DNA of 62,563 nucleotides from Candidatus Levybacteria bacterium RIFCSPLOWO2_02_FULL_37_18 (GTDB taxonomy: Bacteria; Patescibacteriota; Microgenomatia; Levybacterales; UBA12049). The stretch covers positions 1 through 62,563 of the forward strand of contig MFPD01000002.1 of the NCBI GenBank assembly GCA_001784115.1, written 5' to 3'. The notes beneath the pieces were generated by a model. The model did not search any database, had not been told where the DNA came from, and saw only the letters and a program-made list of their open reading frames with translations. Both the position numbers and the translations under genes were made by a program. Shown here piece after piece: positions 8,491 to 17,879 of this stretch (position 1 is its first letter; every line of letters starts with the position of its first letter).

Positions 8491-9386
8491 CAAACCATAA
8501 ACGCTCCCTTGCCTATCTTTCTTTAACCATTGCCTCTGTTATCTGGGGAGCAAACGGCCCGATTATGAAATTTGTTTTAGCCTCAATTCCACCTTTTACC
8601 CTGGCTTTTTTAAGATTTGGAGGAGCGTCACTGATACTCTTTCCATTTGTTTTTAAAAAGCTTTCTATCGCCAAAAAAGATAGAAAAAACGTGATATTAA
8701 GTGCAATTTTTGGCGTAAGTTTAAACATCGGATTTTTCTTTTTAGGACTTAACGCCACAACAGCGTTAAACGCGGGAATTATTGTTGCCTCCCTTCCTAT
8801 TTTTACTCTTATTTTTGCAGGCATATTTTTAAAAGAAAAAGTGGGGAAAAATTTTGTGTTAGGATCACTATTGGGATTATTGGGAATTTTAGTCATAATA
8901 GGAAAAGGTTTTTTTTCAGCTTCAATTTCTCCTTTGGGAGATATTTTAATTCTTCTGGCAACGCTATCGTATGTAATCTACGAAATAATAAGCAAACACT
9001 TAAAAAATTATTCCCCTCTTACCATTATCTTTTATATGTGTCTTATCGGCGCTTTATCATTTTTTCCCTTTGCTTTTTTGGAATACCAAACCAATCCGCT
9101 TTGGATTTACAGACTTTCTCCCGGAATAATTATGGGAATTGTATACGGCATTTTCTTTTCTTCGTTAGCAGCGTATGTATTGTGGCAATGGGCGCTGTGG
9201 CAATTACAAGCATCAAGAGTTGGATTTTTCTTTTATTTAGACCCCATCGTGTCAACAATCACGGCAGTTTTATTTTTATCCGAGCACATTACTCCTTCCT
9301 TTATTTTAGGTTCGTTATTAATTTTTTTAGGTCTTTTTGTTGCCGAAGGCCACTTCCGCCATTACCATGTGATTAATTGTATTTAA
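8487..9386 (+). CDS. EamA/DMT family transporter
   Basis: About 10 hydrophobic segments in two repeats, IWG motif. Confidence 0.85.
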   Translation: MTNHKRSLAYLSLTIASVIWGANGPIMKFVLASIPPFTLAFLRFGGASLILFPFVFKKLSIAKKDRKNVILSAIFGVSLNIGFFFLGLNATTALNAGIIVASLPIFTLIFAGIFLKEKVGKNFVLGSLLGLLGILVIIGKGFFSASISPLGDILILLATLSYVIYEIISKHLKNYSPLTIIFYMCLIGALSFFPFAFLEYQTNPLWIYRLSPGIIMGIVYGIFFSSLAAYVLWQWALWQLQASRVGFFFYLDPIVSTITAVLFLSEHITPSFILGSLLIFLGLFVAEGHFRHYHVINCI

Positions 9387-9415
9387 ATCATCCGCCCGCC
9401 AGAATAATAACCTTC

Positions 9416-11101
9416 CTAAGACGGAACTGATATGATTTTTTGCTCATTGTTTCCTTTCTTACTTTCTAAATGCACCTTTCTTCCCCAAACCATTGCAACA
9501 GCTTTCAATGCTTTACGAGTTGCTTCCTCATCTAATTCCCTTCCATCAAATGTATGTACTAAATATAGTTCTCTATTGCTATTCCAATCTCCTCCATTTT
9601 CGGCAACCTGAATAAGGGGCAATCCGTTATTTTCAACTGAATCTACCAAAGCTTTTTTTACCGTATTATAATCTCGATTTGTTGTTGAACCGGAAATTGC
9701 GGCAATTCCCAATTCTTCAACTATTTTTGGGGTAAGATAAGAATTCAAAAATCCCCAATCACTGCTAACATTTTCTCTGACATAGAGCGGATCATACTCT
9801 ATTTTCCCAATAAAACTTTTTGGATCTATAAACCGCCCTCTATAATCTTTTTCGCGTATTTCTCTTCTTATTACATCTTCTGACTCTGGGTCAAACTTTC
9901 CAAGTATGTCATCAAATAGAGCAATGCCCAGTTTGTTTGCCAATAATTCATATTCTTTTTCCCACTCTCCATTTGGTTTAATTTTTCCGCTTCTTTCTAA
10001 ATTTCTCATAATATTTCTTGCCACAAATGTTTTCCATCCCTCTAAAAGAATAGCTGTTTGCATTATTGGGTAAAAATACAGCGCCTCGGCTCTTACCATA
10101 GTAAGAACATCTCTTTGCCAGTCTTTTAAAACCGGTGAAAATGCAGCAATAAACCACAATATATCCTGTTCTGGTTTTGAAGGAAAAGGCGGAGGATTTT
10201 TTTCTTTGGGTTTTACGGGAGGACTTAGCAGTGCTCTTTTTTTAGCTTCGAGTTCTTGAAGAAAAACTGTCGCAAGTTGTTTTGCTTCTGGATCCTCCAG
10301 ATACGGTTTTACCTCTGCGATTTGGGAATCTATTTCTCTTAGTTTTTGGACTGATTCAGGAATTTTTGGCAGATCATCGTAGGGTGTTTTTTTCTCGGGT
10401 TTTAAACGTATAGAATCTCTGTGCTTTTGATCGCTTGCTTTTTTATAATCGCCGGGTGAAGATTTATTCGGATCAGATGGATCTATAAACCATTGAATTG
10501 AATACGCCCCGTCCAAAACCGCTTGCACTTCTTTAGCACCAAAATTTACTCCGTATTCTCTGATGCGGCTTGCATATTCTTGAAATATCAGACCCGTATT
10601 TCTGTCTGTTTTTGCAAATGCTTTATTATGTTTATAAAAATCAGCTTGCGCTAAAGCTCGAGCGTATCTCCAGGCGCTCACTGTTATTTTTTCACCTTCG
10701 GGAATATATACATAAGAAGGGTCTGTGTTGGTTACGTGTTCTAAGTGTGATTCCTTCAAACGCGCGTATCGAAGTTGTTGTATCCAATGAAAATATCTTC
10801 CTGGCGCACCGGAAGCGTTATACCGATGAATAAGCTCAACAGGCACTTTTTTACACAACGTATCAAAAGGATCAAGTCCTAATTCATAAGCTGCATCCCT
10901 AACATTTCCTAAAGAAGTCTCAAGATCGTCGGGCTTGGGTATATCTTCTTGCAACGGCACTTCCTGTAAAGACACAAAAGAAACTCTTTCTTTTCTCATT
11001 AAAACCACGTGGTTTGCTGCTCCATTTTTACCAACTCCATTAATACCGAATAAATCTTTTAAACCTCTTAATCTGTTACCTAATCTTTCTGCAATACCCA
11101 T
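9416..11101 (-). CDS. divergent SpoVR family protein
   Basis: ELGLDPF, GAPGRYFHW, NTDPSY, DFYKHN, PEQDILWFI, WQRDVLTMVRAEALYF, LEGW, VHLES; start is coupled (TAATG) to the upstream gene. Confidence 0.75.
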   Translation of the reverse strand: MGIAERLGNRLRGLKDLFGINGVGKNGAANHVVLMRKERVSFVSLQEVPLQEDIPKPDDLETSLGNVRDAAYELGLDPFDTLCKKVPVELIHRYNASGAPGRYFHWIQQLRYARLKESHLEHVTNTDPSYVYIPEGEKITVSAWRYARALAQADFYKHNKAFAKTDRNTGLIFQEYASRIREYGVNFGAKEVQAVLDGAYSIQWFIDPSDPNKSSPGDYKKASDQKHRDSIRLKPEKKTPYDDLPKIPESVQKLREIDSQIAEVKPYLEDPEAKQLATVFLQELEAKKRALLSPPVKPKEKNPPPFPSKPEQDILWFIAAFSPVLKDWQRDVLTMVRAEALYFYPIMQTAILLEGWKTFVARNIMRNLERSGKIKPNGEWEKEYELLANKLGIALFDDILGKFDPESEDVIRREIREKDYRGRFIDPKSFIGKIEYDPLYVRENVSSDWGFLNSYLTPKIVEELGIAAISGSTTNRDYNTVKKALVDSVENNGLPLIQVAENGGDWNSNRELYLVHTFDGRELDEEATRKALKAVAMVWGRKVHLESKKGNNEQKIISVPS

Positions 11102-12243
11102 TATTTTTTTGCCTCCTTCCATCCTGCCTTGGTTAATACAGCTTTTAAAACTTTTGGAACATCCCATTTTTCTGCGATAGTTGCTGTGGTAAAAGTGTTA
11201 TTTTTGACTTGCGCCCATCTTCCAAAGGCAGAATCAAGCTCTCCGGACGCATTTCCGATTCGCACTACCCCTGCCATGCGACACCGAGAAGCAAGATCAA
11301 CAAAACCGGGAAGTGATTTTTCGGTGTCTGCACGACTAATGCTACCGTCGGAAGAAAGCTGAAATACGTAAGCATCCCAACTATCTTTTGGATAATAACG
11401 ACCTACTCTAAAATCCGCGTCTTCATAGCTTGGTCTTTGAGTGCTTATGTTCCCGCCACCTTGAGGAGAAAAAAGAAAAGCTTCAGAAACCACCTCAGGA
11501 GTTTTGGTCTGGTTTATAAGAATTAGTTCTGTATGTCCATACTGCTGTTGGAAAAAAGCCAAAAGCCCAAGATAAAAAAGTTTGGCTAAGTAAATATTCT
11601 TTTCACTTCCCCGTCTTGGCGGAACACCCAAACCAATGACAACTGCGCTGGCACTTTGTTTGGGTTCATCATACGTTGGCATACCCCAAAAATCAGATAT
11701 GCCGGAAACTACCGGACCTTTTTTACCTGCTGCATTCCGTTTGATGTTTTCAAATACTGTTTTTCTTCGTGCAAGGTTGGTAAAAGGAATTGTGGATTTT
11801 CTCGGCGCGTGAAACACTGGAGTTTGAAGACCAAACCCTTCCCCTCGTACAAGTTCTGACGGCACAATACCGATATCTTCCAAAACTATCTGCCTTATTC
11901 TTTCTAACCGCATTGAGGTTTGATCTTCTTGAGAAGCAGATATAATTGAACTTGTTGAAGAAGAATTTGGCGGGGAATCAGGTACATTTGTATCAACTTT
12001 TTTGTATTGTCCCATTACTATTTGAGTATGAGGTAGAGCATAAAAAATACCCGGAACAACAATTCTTGGCAAGCTTACTAAAACCTTAGATTCCAGATCC
12101 GAAGTCAGAATGCTTGTATTCACAACTGCTCTTTGTAAAAAAATCGGGCTGCTTCTTAAAACCTGTTCTTCTATCTCCTCCAATCCATTATGTGGAGGAT
12201 CATCCATTGCCATGTCCAAATACTCATCAATTTCTTTTGCCAT
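11101..12243 (-). CDS. divergent YhbH/YeaH (DUF444) protein
   Basis: RKTVFENIKRN, SAVVI, LAKLFY..QQQYGHTELI, YPKDSWDAYVFQLSSDG; adjacent to a SpoVR-like gene. Confidence 0.65.
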   Translation of the reverse strand: MAKEIDEYLDMAMDDPPHNGLEEIEEQVLRSSPIFLQRAVVNTSILTSDLESKVLVSLPRIVVPGIFYALPHTQIVMGQYKKVDTNVPDSPPNSSSTSSIISASQEDQTSMRLERIRQIVLEDIGIVPSELVRGEGFGLQTPVFHAPRKSTIPFTNLARRKTVFENIKRNAAGKKGPVVSGISDFWGMPTYDEPKQSASAVVIGLGVPPRRGSEKNIYLAKLFYLGLLAFFQQQYGHTELILINQTKTPEVVSEAFLFSPQGGGNISTQRPSYEDADFRVGRYYPKDSWDAYVFQLSSDGSISRADTEKSLPGFVDLASRCRMAGVVRIGNASGELDSAFGRWAQVKNNTFTTATIAEKWDVPKVLKAVLTKAGWKEAKK

Positions 12244-12318
12244 AGTTTTAAAACCAAGCTATTGCGTAAAGAGAATAGTACCCAAGGCGTAGAAAATTGT
12301 CAAGAAGACCCGGATTTA

Positions 12319-12347
12319 TTGCTTTAAAGCTTCCAAAACCGTATAAT
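12319..12347 (+). promoter_or_regulatory. sigma70-type promoter
   Basis: TTGCTT-17-TATAAT upstream of the sigma factor gene. Confidence 0.65.
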
Positions 12348-12360
12348 TCTCTAACCTTAT

Positions 12361-13734
12361 ATGCCTAAAGAAACTTTACCTAACGCTTTTACGGTAAACG
12401 CAGTAGACGCAACCGGCTTTGCTATTGCTCCTCCTGTAACAAACGGGGTTGCTAAGCAAACAGAAATAACTTTATTTCCGCCTGCTCCAAAGTCTGATAA
12501 CAATGCGCCCTTAGACGAAAGTGTACATTTATACATGAAAGAAATTTCCAAGATTCCCGTCTTGACGCACCAACGAGAAATTGCCCTTTGCGAAAGAATT
12601 GCAAAAGCAACCGCAAGCGCGTTTCTGCTGCAAGCTTTCCAGGATGATAAAGAGGTTCAACCGATAAACGAACTTTCTCCACCAAGACTTACTCAAAACA
12701 TTCTAGAACCGATACCTATGTATAATTCATTTGCAGCTCTTCCGTTTGAATTTATTGTAAGAAAACCAAAAAAACCAAATAAAAAAATCAATACAAAAAA
12801 CAAAGACGGCTCGGATATGGTAAGAGAGGGAATTGTCACAAGCATTAAGCTCCTACCTGACCATGACCCAAAAACTCTTTTTAATTCAAACAGTGAGTAT
12901 GATGATTTTATTCAACAACTCTACGCTAATCTTAAAAATGGCCAAGAAGCAAAACAAGAGTTAATTATTCATAATCTTCGTTTGGTAGCAAATATTGCAA
13001 AAGAATATGCATCCAAAATGCATCTCTTGTCAGACTTAATTCAGGAAGGAAATTTAGGGCTTTACAAAGCGGTTGAAAAATTTGACGAAACCAGGGGTTA
13101 TAAATTTTCCTCATACGCGACCTGGTGGATAATACAAGCTATTACAAAAGCAAGGTCAAACACGGGAAATGTAATCCGTATTCCAATACATATAAAAGAT
13201 GCGCTATCCAGTCTGGATAAAACAGAACGTGAATTCTATCTTGAATATCACAGACATCCAATTCCTTTAGAAGCAGCCGTATATGAATTTCAACAAACTT
13301 TTCTTAAAACCAATAACCGCCTGCCAAACCCGGAAGAATTTACCGACGAACAAATTCAAAACGTATGTAAGAGGGCAAAATATATTGTAGGATTAAAAAG
13401 AGCGCGCGCGATTCAGCCGAAAAGCTTGGAATCTCCCCTCTTAATTGAAAACAGAGAGGAATCTGACCAAGGATTAGGCTCTTTTATAGAAGCAGATTCT
13501 GATGTTGCCAAATATGTGTTAAACAGAGTATTCATAAAAGATGCTATTGATCAAGTAGGGTTATCCAAACGAGAATTATATATTCTTTACATGGTTTATG
13601 TCCTTGAATTCAAGCTAAAAGACGTTGGGGACAAACTACCAAGACCAGTAACCAAAGAACGGGTCCGTCAGATTCATGCCCAAGCTTTAAAAAAACTGAG
13701 AAGCTCTCTCAATGTAACGGATTCAGAAACCTAA
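12361..13734 (+). CDS. RpoD-like sigma70 family factor (divergent; probably a non-primary paralog)
   Basis: Region 1.2 VHLYMKEI; regions 2.1-2.4 HNLRLV, DLIQEGNLGL..AVEKFD..RGYKFSSYATWWI; region 4 VTKERVRQI. Confidence 0.85.
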   Translation: MPKETLPNAFTVNAVDATGFAIAPPVTNGVAKQTEITLFPPAPKSDNNAPLDESVHLYMKEISKIPVLTHQREIALCERIAKATASAFLLQAFQDDKEVQPINELSPPRLTQNILEPIPMYNSFAALPFEFIVRKPKKPNKKINTKNKDGSDMVREGIVTSIKLLPDHDPKTLFNSNSEYDDFIQQLYANLKNGQEAKQELIIHNLRLVANIAKEYASKMHLLSDLIQEGNLGLYKAVEKFDETRGYKFSSYATWWIIQAITKARSNTGNVIRIPIHIKDALSSLDKTEREFYLEYHRHPIPLEAAVYEFQQTFLKTNNRLPNPEEFTDEQIQNVCKRAKYIVGLKRARAIQPKSLESPLLIENREESDQGLGSFIEADSDVAKYVLNRVFIKDAIDQVGLSKRELYILYMVYVLEFKLKDVGDKLPRPVTKERVRQIHAQALKKLRSSLNVTDSET

Positions 13735-14864
13735 ATTCGCTCCTTACCTTCTTTTTCCATGGCTGCGATTTGCTCGTGTCTCCAGTTGAAAATCCTAGAT
13801 TTAACCGTACCTAATGGCTGTCCGGTTATTTGAGCAATCTCTCTGTCTGTATTACTTCCAAACACTCTTAATTTTACCTCGACCGGAATAGTCGGATCTT
13901 CTATAATTCTTCTATACTCTTCGTCGTCTGATTCTTCAATTGATATCTCCATTTCTCCCCGATCAATTGCAGCAACTACTTTTCTATATCGTTTTAGCTT
14001 TCTTACTTCACCTCTTATACAATTAATAACTAAGGTAAAAATAAATCCCATCTGTCCTGATGAATTAAAAGGAAAACGCATTATATTTCGAGGTGATAAC
14101 AATTTTTTAGAAACTTCTTGCACGACATCTTGAGGATCTAAAGGTGGTCTTGCACGCCAGGACGCAACCGTATTCATCCATTGCTGAACTTCTCTTCTTG
14201 CTATTGCATTTATTCTGTCTCCTCCATCAAGGGTATAGGCAATACGCTTTTCCTCTTCTTGTAAAGAAGTATTAAACCATTCTTTGTCAACGGATCTGCC
14301 AATTTTTCCGTATTTGTTTAATAAACTCGTATCTTCTGCTCCAGCATCTACACACGCTTTATAAAATACCTCAAGTCTTAAAAGATTCGCGAAGGATTCC
14401 TCAATTGTACTTCTTCCCTTTTGTTCCCAAAGCGTACCTAGTCTATTCCAATAGGTAAGATCAAAGGTAAAAAACCCTTCCTTAAACAGTCTGTGCGCAA
14501 ACTCAAATTCCATAGTTTGTTCTTTTGTATATCCCCCTCTTTTTTCAACTTCCCATTTATTTTTAATTGCTTTACTTATTTTTTGCCGCTTTTTATCTTG
14601 AGAAAGAGAAGATAAATCTCCTCCCTGTCTTAAATTATTTCCCAAAATATCTATCTTTTTTCTATCGGCACGGGCAATTTGAGCAATTTCTTCATTTGTT
14701 CCTACCAGTCTTAGAAAAAACGGATATACCAACTCCCTTATTCCTTTATGGGCTTGGCTCATATGATTTCTCGATGCTTCTGTATGAACTGTTCCCCGAA
14801 GTTTATCTCCTATTCTTCTCCGTGTCTCAAAAGAAAGACTGCGTGTTGCTTGGGTTTCTTTCAC
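13731..14864 (-). CDS. protein with NUMOD3-like N-terminus and C-terminal ECF-type sigma domains
   Basis: HTEASRNHMSQAHKG; QDVVQEV..FTLVINCIRGEVRK; DREIAQITGQPLGTVKSRI; GTG start chosen to avoid overlap with rpmE. Confidence 0.6.
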   Translation of the reverse strand: MKETQATRSLSFETRRRIGDKLRGTVHTEASRNHMSQAHKGIRELVYPFFLRLVGTNEEIAQIARADRKKIDILGNNLRQGGDLSSLSQDKKRQKISKAIKNKWEVEKRGGYTKEQTMEFEFAHRLFKEGFFTFDLTYWNRLGTLWEQKGRSTIEESFANLLRLEVFYKACVDAGAEDTSLLNKYGKIGRSVDKEWFNTSLQEEEKRIAYTLDGGDRINAIARREVQQWMNTVASWRARPPLDPQDVVQEVSKKLLSPRNIMRFPFNSSGQMGFIFTLVINCIRGEVRKLKRYRKVVAAIDRGEMEISIEESDDEEYRRIIEDPTIPVEVKLRVFGSNTDREIAQITGQPLGTVKSRIFNWRHEQIAAMEKEGKERI

Positions 14865-14902
14865 ATTGCGGATTATACCTAAATAGTGTATGATATAGCA
14901 AT

Positions 14903-15211
14903 ATGAAAGCCAATATTCACCCGCAATATTTTGATAACGCAACCGTGATTTGCTCATGCGGAAATAAGTTTACCACCGGCTCAACAGTCGAACTCATTCA
15001 TATTGAACTCTGCAGCAAGTGTCACCCGTTTTATACAGGAGAACAGCGCTTTGTAGACAGTGCTTCCCGAATTCAAAAATTCCAGCAAAAACAACAAACT
15101 GCTACTCAAAAACCATATGTCAGCAAAAAAGCAAAGCTCGCTAAAAAACAACAAAAATCTAATTCTGCCCCAAAGACTCTACGGGAAATGCTGCTTGAGG
15201 TTTCAAAATAG
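14903..15211 (+). CDS. rpmE: 50S ribosomal protein L31 (Zn-binding type, C-terminal extension)
   Basis: [23 protein letters not shown]. Confidence 0.95.
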   Translation: MKANIHPQYFDNATVICSCGNKFTTGSTVELIHIELCSKCHPFYTGEQRFVDSASRIQKFQQKQQTATQKPYVSKKAKLAKKQQKSNSAPKTLREMLLEVSK

Positions 15212-15218
15212 CCCCATT

Positions 15219-15276
15219 GTCATTCCGAATTTGTTTCGGAATCCCATGTGGGATACTGAAATGAATTCAGGATGAC
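15219..15276. repeat. GTCAT...ATGAC palindromic element
   Basis: GTCATTCCGAATTTGTTTCGGAATC..GATACTGAAATGAATTCAGGATGAC. Confidence 0.85.
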
Positions 15277-15282
15277 AAAAAC

Positions 15283-16194
15283 ATGAACGATTATAGAACA
15301 ATTCAAATTGCCGAGCTTGATAAAAAAATTGAAGAAACAAAACTTCTTCTTTCTGATCCTGCTATGGCCGAACTTGCACAATCAGAAATAAATGCTTTAA
15401 AACAACAAAAAAAAGAGCTTGAACTATCTCTTAAAGGTTCGGAAGAACAAGCCTCAAAAGACGATCTAGACCAAAGAAACGCGATCTTGGAGTTAAGCGG
15501 AGCTGCGGGCGGAGAAGAAGCAAGATTATGGGGCGAAGAACTTTTGCGCATGTATAATAGATTTGCGCAAAAAAAAGGATTTAAAGTCGAACAACCTGAT
15601 GAAGATGTCATAAAAATTACAGGTCCGAATGCTTTTGGAACATTTAAATTCGAAGCAGGCGTACATCGGGTCCAAAGAATTCCCCAAACAGAAAAGCGGG
15701 GAAGAATTCATACTTCAACAGCAACTGTTTCTGTATTGCCAGAACTTGAAGATTTAGATTTGCATATAAATCCCGATGACATAGAATTTGAAGCATTTCG
15801 AAGCGGAGGCCACGGGGGTCAGAATGTTAATAAAGTTTCAACAGCTGTCAGACTGAAACACAAACCAACTGGAATTGTCGTCACGTGTTCGATGGAGCGC
15901 TCCCAAGGCCAAAACCGAGATCTGGCCATGGAAATGATTCGGGCAAAACTTTGGGAAATCGAAGTGGAAAAACGCCATGGTGAACTTTCTTCTTTAAAAT
16001 CAACTCAAGTGGGTAGAGGCATGCGGGCTGAAAAAATTAGAACGTATAACTTCCCTCAAGACAGACTCACGGATCACAGAATCAATAAATCCTGGAGAAA
16101 TTTGGAAGTAATTTTAGACGGCAACCTTCTGGAAATCCTGGAAGAATTAAAAACCCAAAGTGCTAGCGGAGAAAAGCCAAATCCTTTACCTTAA
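15283..16194 (+). CDS. prfA: peptide chain release factor 1
   Basis: GVHRVQRIPQTE (PxT), GGQNVNK, IRTYNFPQDR. Confidence 0.93.
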   Translation: MNDYRTIQIAELDKKIEETKLLLSDPAMAELAQSEINALKQQKKELELSLKGSEEQASKDDLDQRNAILELSGAAGGEEARLWGEELLRMYNRFAQKKGFKVEQPDEDVIKITGPNAFGTFKFEAGVHRVQRIPQTEKRGRIHTSTATVSVLPELEDLDLHINPDDIEFEAFRSGGHGGQNVNKVSTAVRLKHKPTGIVVTCSMERSQGQNRDLAMEMIRAKLWEIEVEKRHGELSSLKSTQVGRGMRAEKIRTYNFPQDRLTDHRINKSWRNLEVILDGNLLEILEELKTQSASGEKPNPLP

Positions 16195-17833
16195 ACCTCT
16201 CTAAATGACCTAAGTGATTTTCTTTAATCAGTTTGGCAATATATCTTCCTCCGGCTAAATGAGGCAATACTACATAATCAGCTCCCGCTTTATACAAGGC
16301 CTCCGCTTCGTTTGTTTCATACGCCATAACCACAATTTTAGCTTTTTTATTTTCGTGATTAAGCCGCCTGATTAATTCTAAGTTATCTTCTAAATCCGGA
16401 ATTGTAGAAATAACCATTTTAGCTTTATCCAATTTGATCTGCTCTTGAATATCAATGTCTTCAATGTCTCCAAAAACAAAATTTATTCCTTTAGCTTTTA
16501 ATTTTTTGACAATATCCGGATCAAAATCAACCACCACAACTTTCTCTCCGTCTTCCAAAGCATCCAAAACACTTTGTCCCATTTGATGTCCTCCGATAAT
16601 TACCACATGATCATCTAATTCCCCTTCTAATTCAATCTCTTCTTTTCTTTTTGTACCGTCAAATACATAGATATATTTCTCAAATGATTTATATACTTTT
16701 TTACTTTTTATTATTAAAGTTGTTGAAAATGCGAATGTAATTATTGCTACAAGTGTAAGAATAGAGCTTACTTCGGAACCAATGTGTCCAAGCTTTGTTC
16801 CTAAAAACACGAGTATCAGAGAAAATTCAGATATTTGAGCCAGATTTATACCGGTTAGAAACGAGGTTCTTTTCTTATATCCAAACGCTGCCAGTGTCTG
16901 CATGACGAGAAATGGTTTACCAACGAGTACAATTCCCGAAAAAACAAGAACCGGGATTAAAATCGTATCAATATGTTTAAACGTAGATTCAACTCCCAAA
17001 AGCACAAAAAAAATAGTAATAAAAAAGTCCCGAAGGGGTCTTACTCGTGCGCTAATTTGAAAATGTTCCGAATAACTTGCCAAAGCAAGTCCTGCTAAAA
17101 ATCCGCCGATTTCAATTGAAAAACCCAAAAACGGCATGCTTATCAAAGCAGCAATAGAAAAAACCCACGCGAGACTGAATAAGAATAACATTTCCGTAGA
17201 TTTTGAACTAATCCTAATTAAAAATGGCAAAACGGTTTTAGAAACAATATAAAGCCAAATCCCAAACCATGCTCCTTTAATGCCTACCCATACAAAATCA
17301 AACGGGGTGAGAACTCCTTTGTTTTGAGAAAACGCAGATAAAACAATTAATGCAATAACTGCAAAAAAATCCTGAATAAGTAAAATACCAATTGAAATCT
17401 TAGAAGAAAGGCTTGCCAGATCTCTTTTATCGGAGAGGATTTTGACTATGATAATTGTGCTTGAAAATGTCAAAGCAATAGCGATATACAAGGAAGAAAC
17501 GTAAGAAAATCCAAGTAATATTGCAATGAATAAACCACCAAGAAATGTCGCTATGATCTGGATTACTCCGGCTAAAATTGCCACGACTCCAATTGATTTA
17601 AGATCTTTAATTTTTAGCTCAAGGCCCAGCATGAATAAAACCAATGTGACTCCAACTTGAGCTAACATATGCAAAGAATCAGTGCTTTTTAGAGTAAAAA
17701 GTCCTAAGGGGCCAAGTAAGATTCCGGCTGTAATGTATGCCAGAATTTGAGGCTGTTTGAATAATCGAAACGCAATCGATAAAACAGAAGCAGCTAAAAT
17801 AATAATAGTGATATCAAAAAAAACCCGCTCCAT
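16163..17833 (-). CDS. CPA2/Kef-type cation:proton antiporter with TrkA-N domain
   Basis: About 13 TM helices, FMLGLE, FSSTII, QISEF, then GGHQMG Rossmann domain. Confidence 0.9.
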   Translation of the reverse strand: MERVFFDITIIILAASVLSIAFRLFKQPQILAYITAGILLGPLGLFTLKSTDSLHMLAQVGVTLVLFMLGLELKIKDLKSIGVVAILAGVIQIIATFLGGLFIAILLGFSYVSSLYIAIALTFSSTIIIVKILSDKRDLASLSSKISIGILLIQDFFAVIALIVLSAFSQNKGVLTPFDFVWVGIKGAWFGIWLYIVSKTVLPFLIRISSKSTEMLFLFSLAWVFSIAALISMPFLGFSIEIGGFLAGLALASYSEHFQISARVRPLRDFFITIFFVLLGVESTFKHIDTILIPVLVFSGIVLVGKPFLVMQTLAAFGYKKRTSFLTGINLAQISEFSLILVFLGTKLGHIGSEVSSILTLVAIITFAFSTTLIIKSKKVYKSFEKYIYVFDGTKRKEEIELEGELDDHVVIIGGHQMGQSVLDALEDGEKVVVVDFDPDIVKKLKAKGINFVFGDIEDIDIQEQIKLDKAKMVISTIPDLEDNLELIRRLNHENKKAKIVVMAYETNEAEALYKAGADYVVLPHLAGGRYIAKLIKENHLGHLERFKVKDLAFLR

Positions 17834-17879
17834 TATTGTATTGTAGCAAATATTTATTGGTGAAAATCAAGAGGATGAT

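Noticed and set aside
14865-14957. N-terminal 31 codons of the 408-aa minus-strand ORF
   Set aside because: They overlap the rpmE start and the divergent promoter region; GTG 14864, with TATAAT 7 nt upstream, is more plausible.
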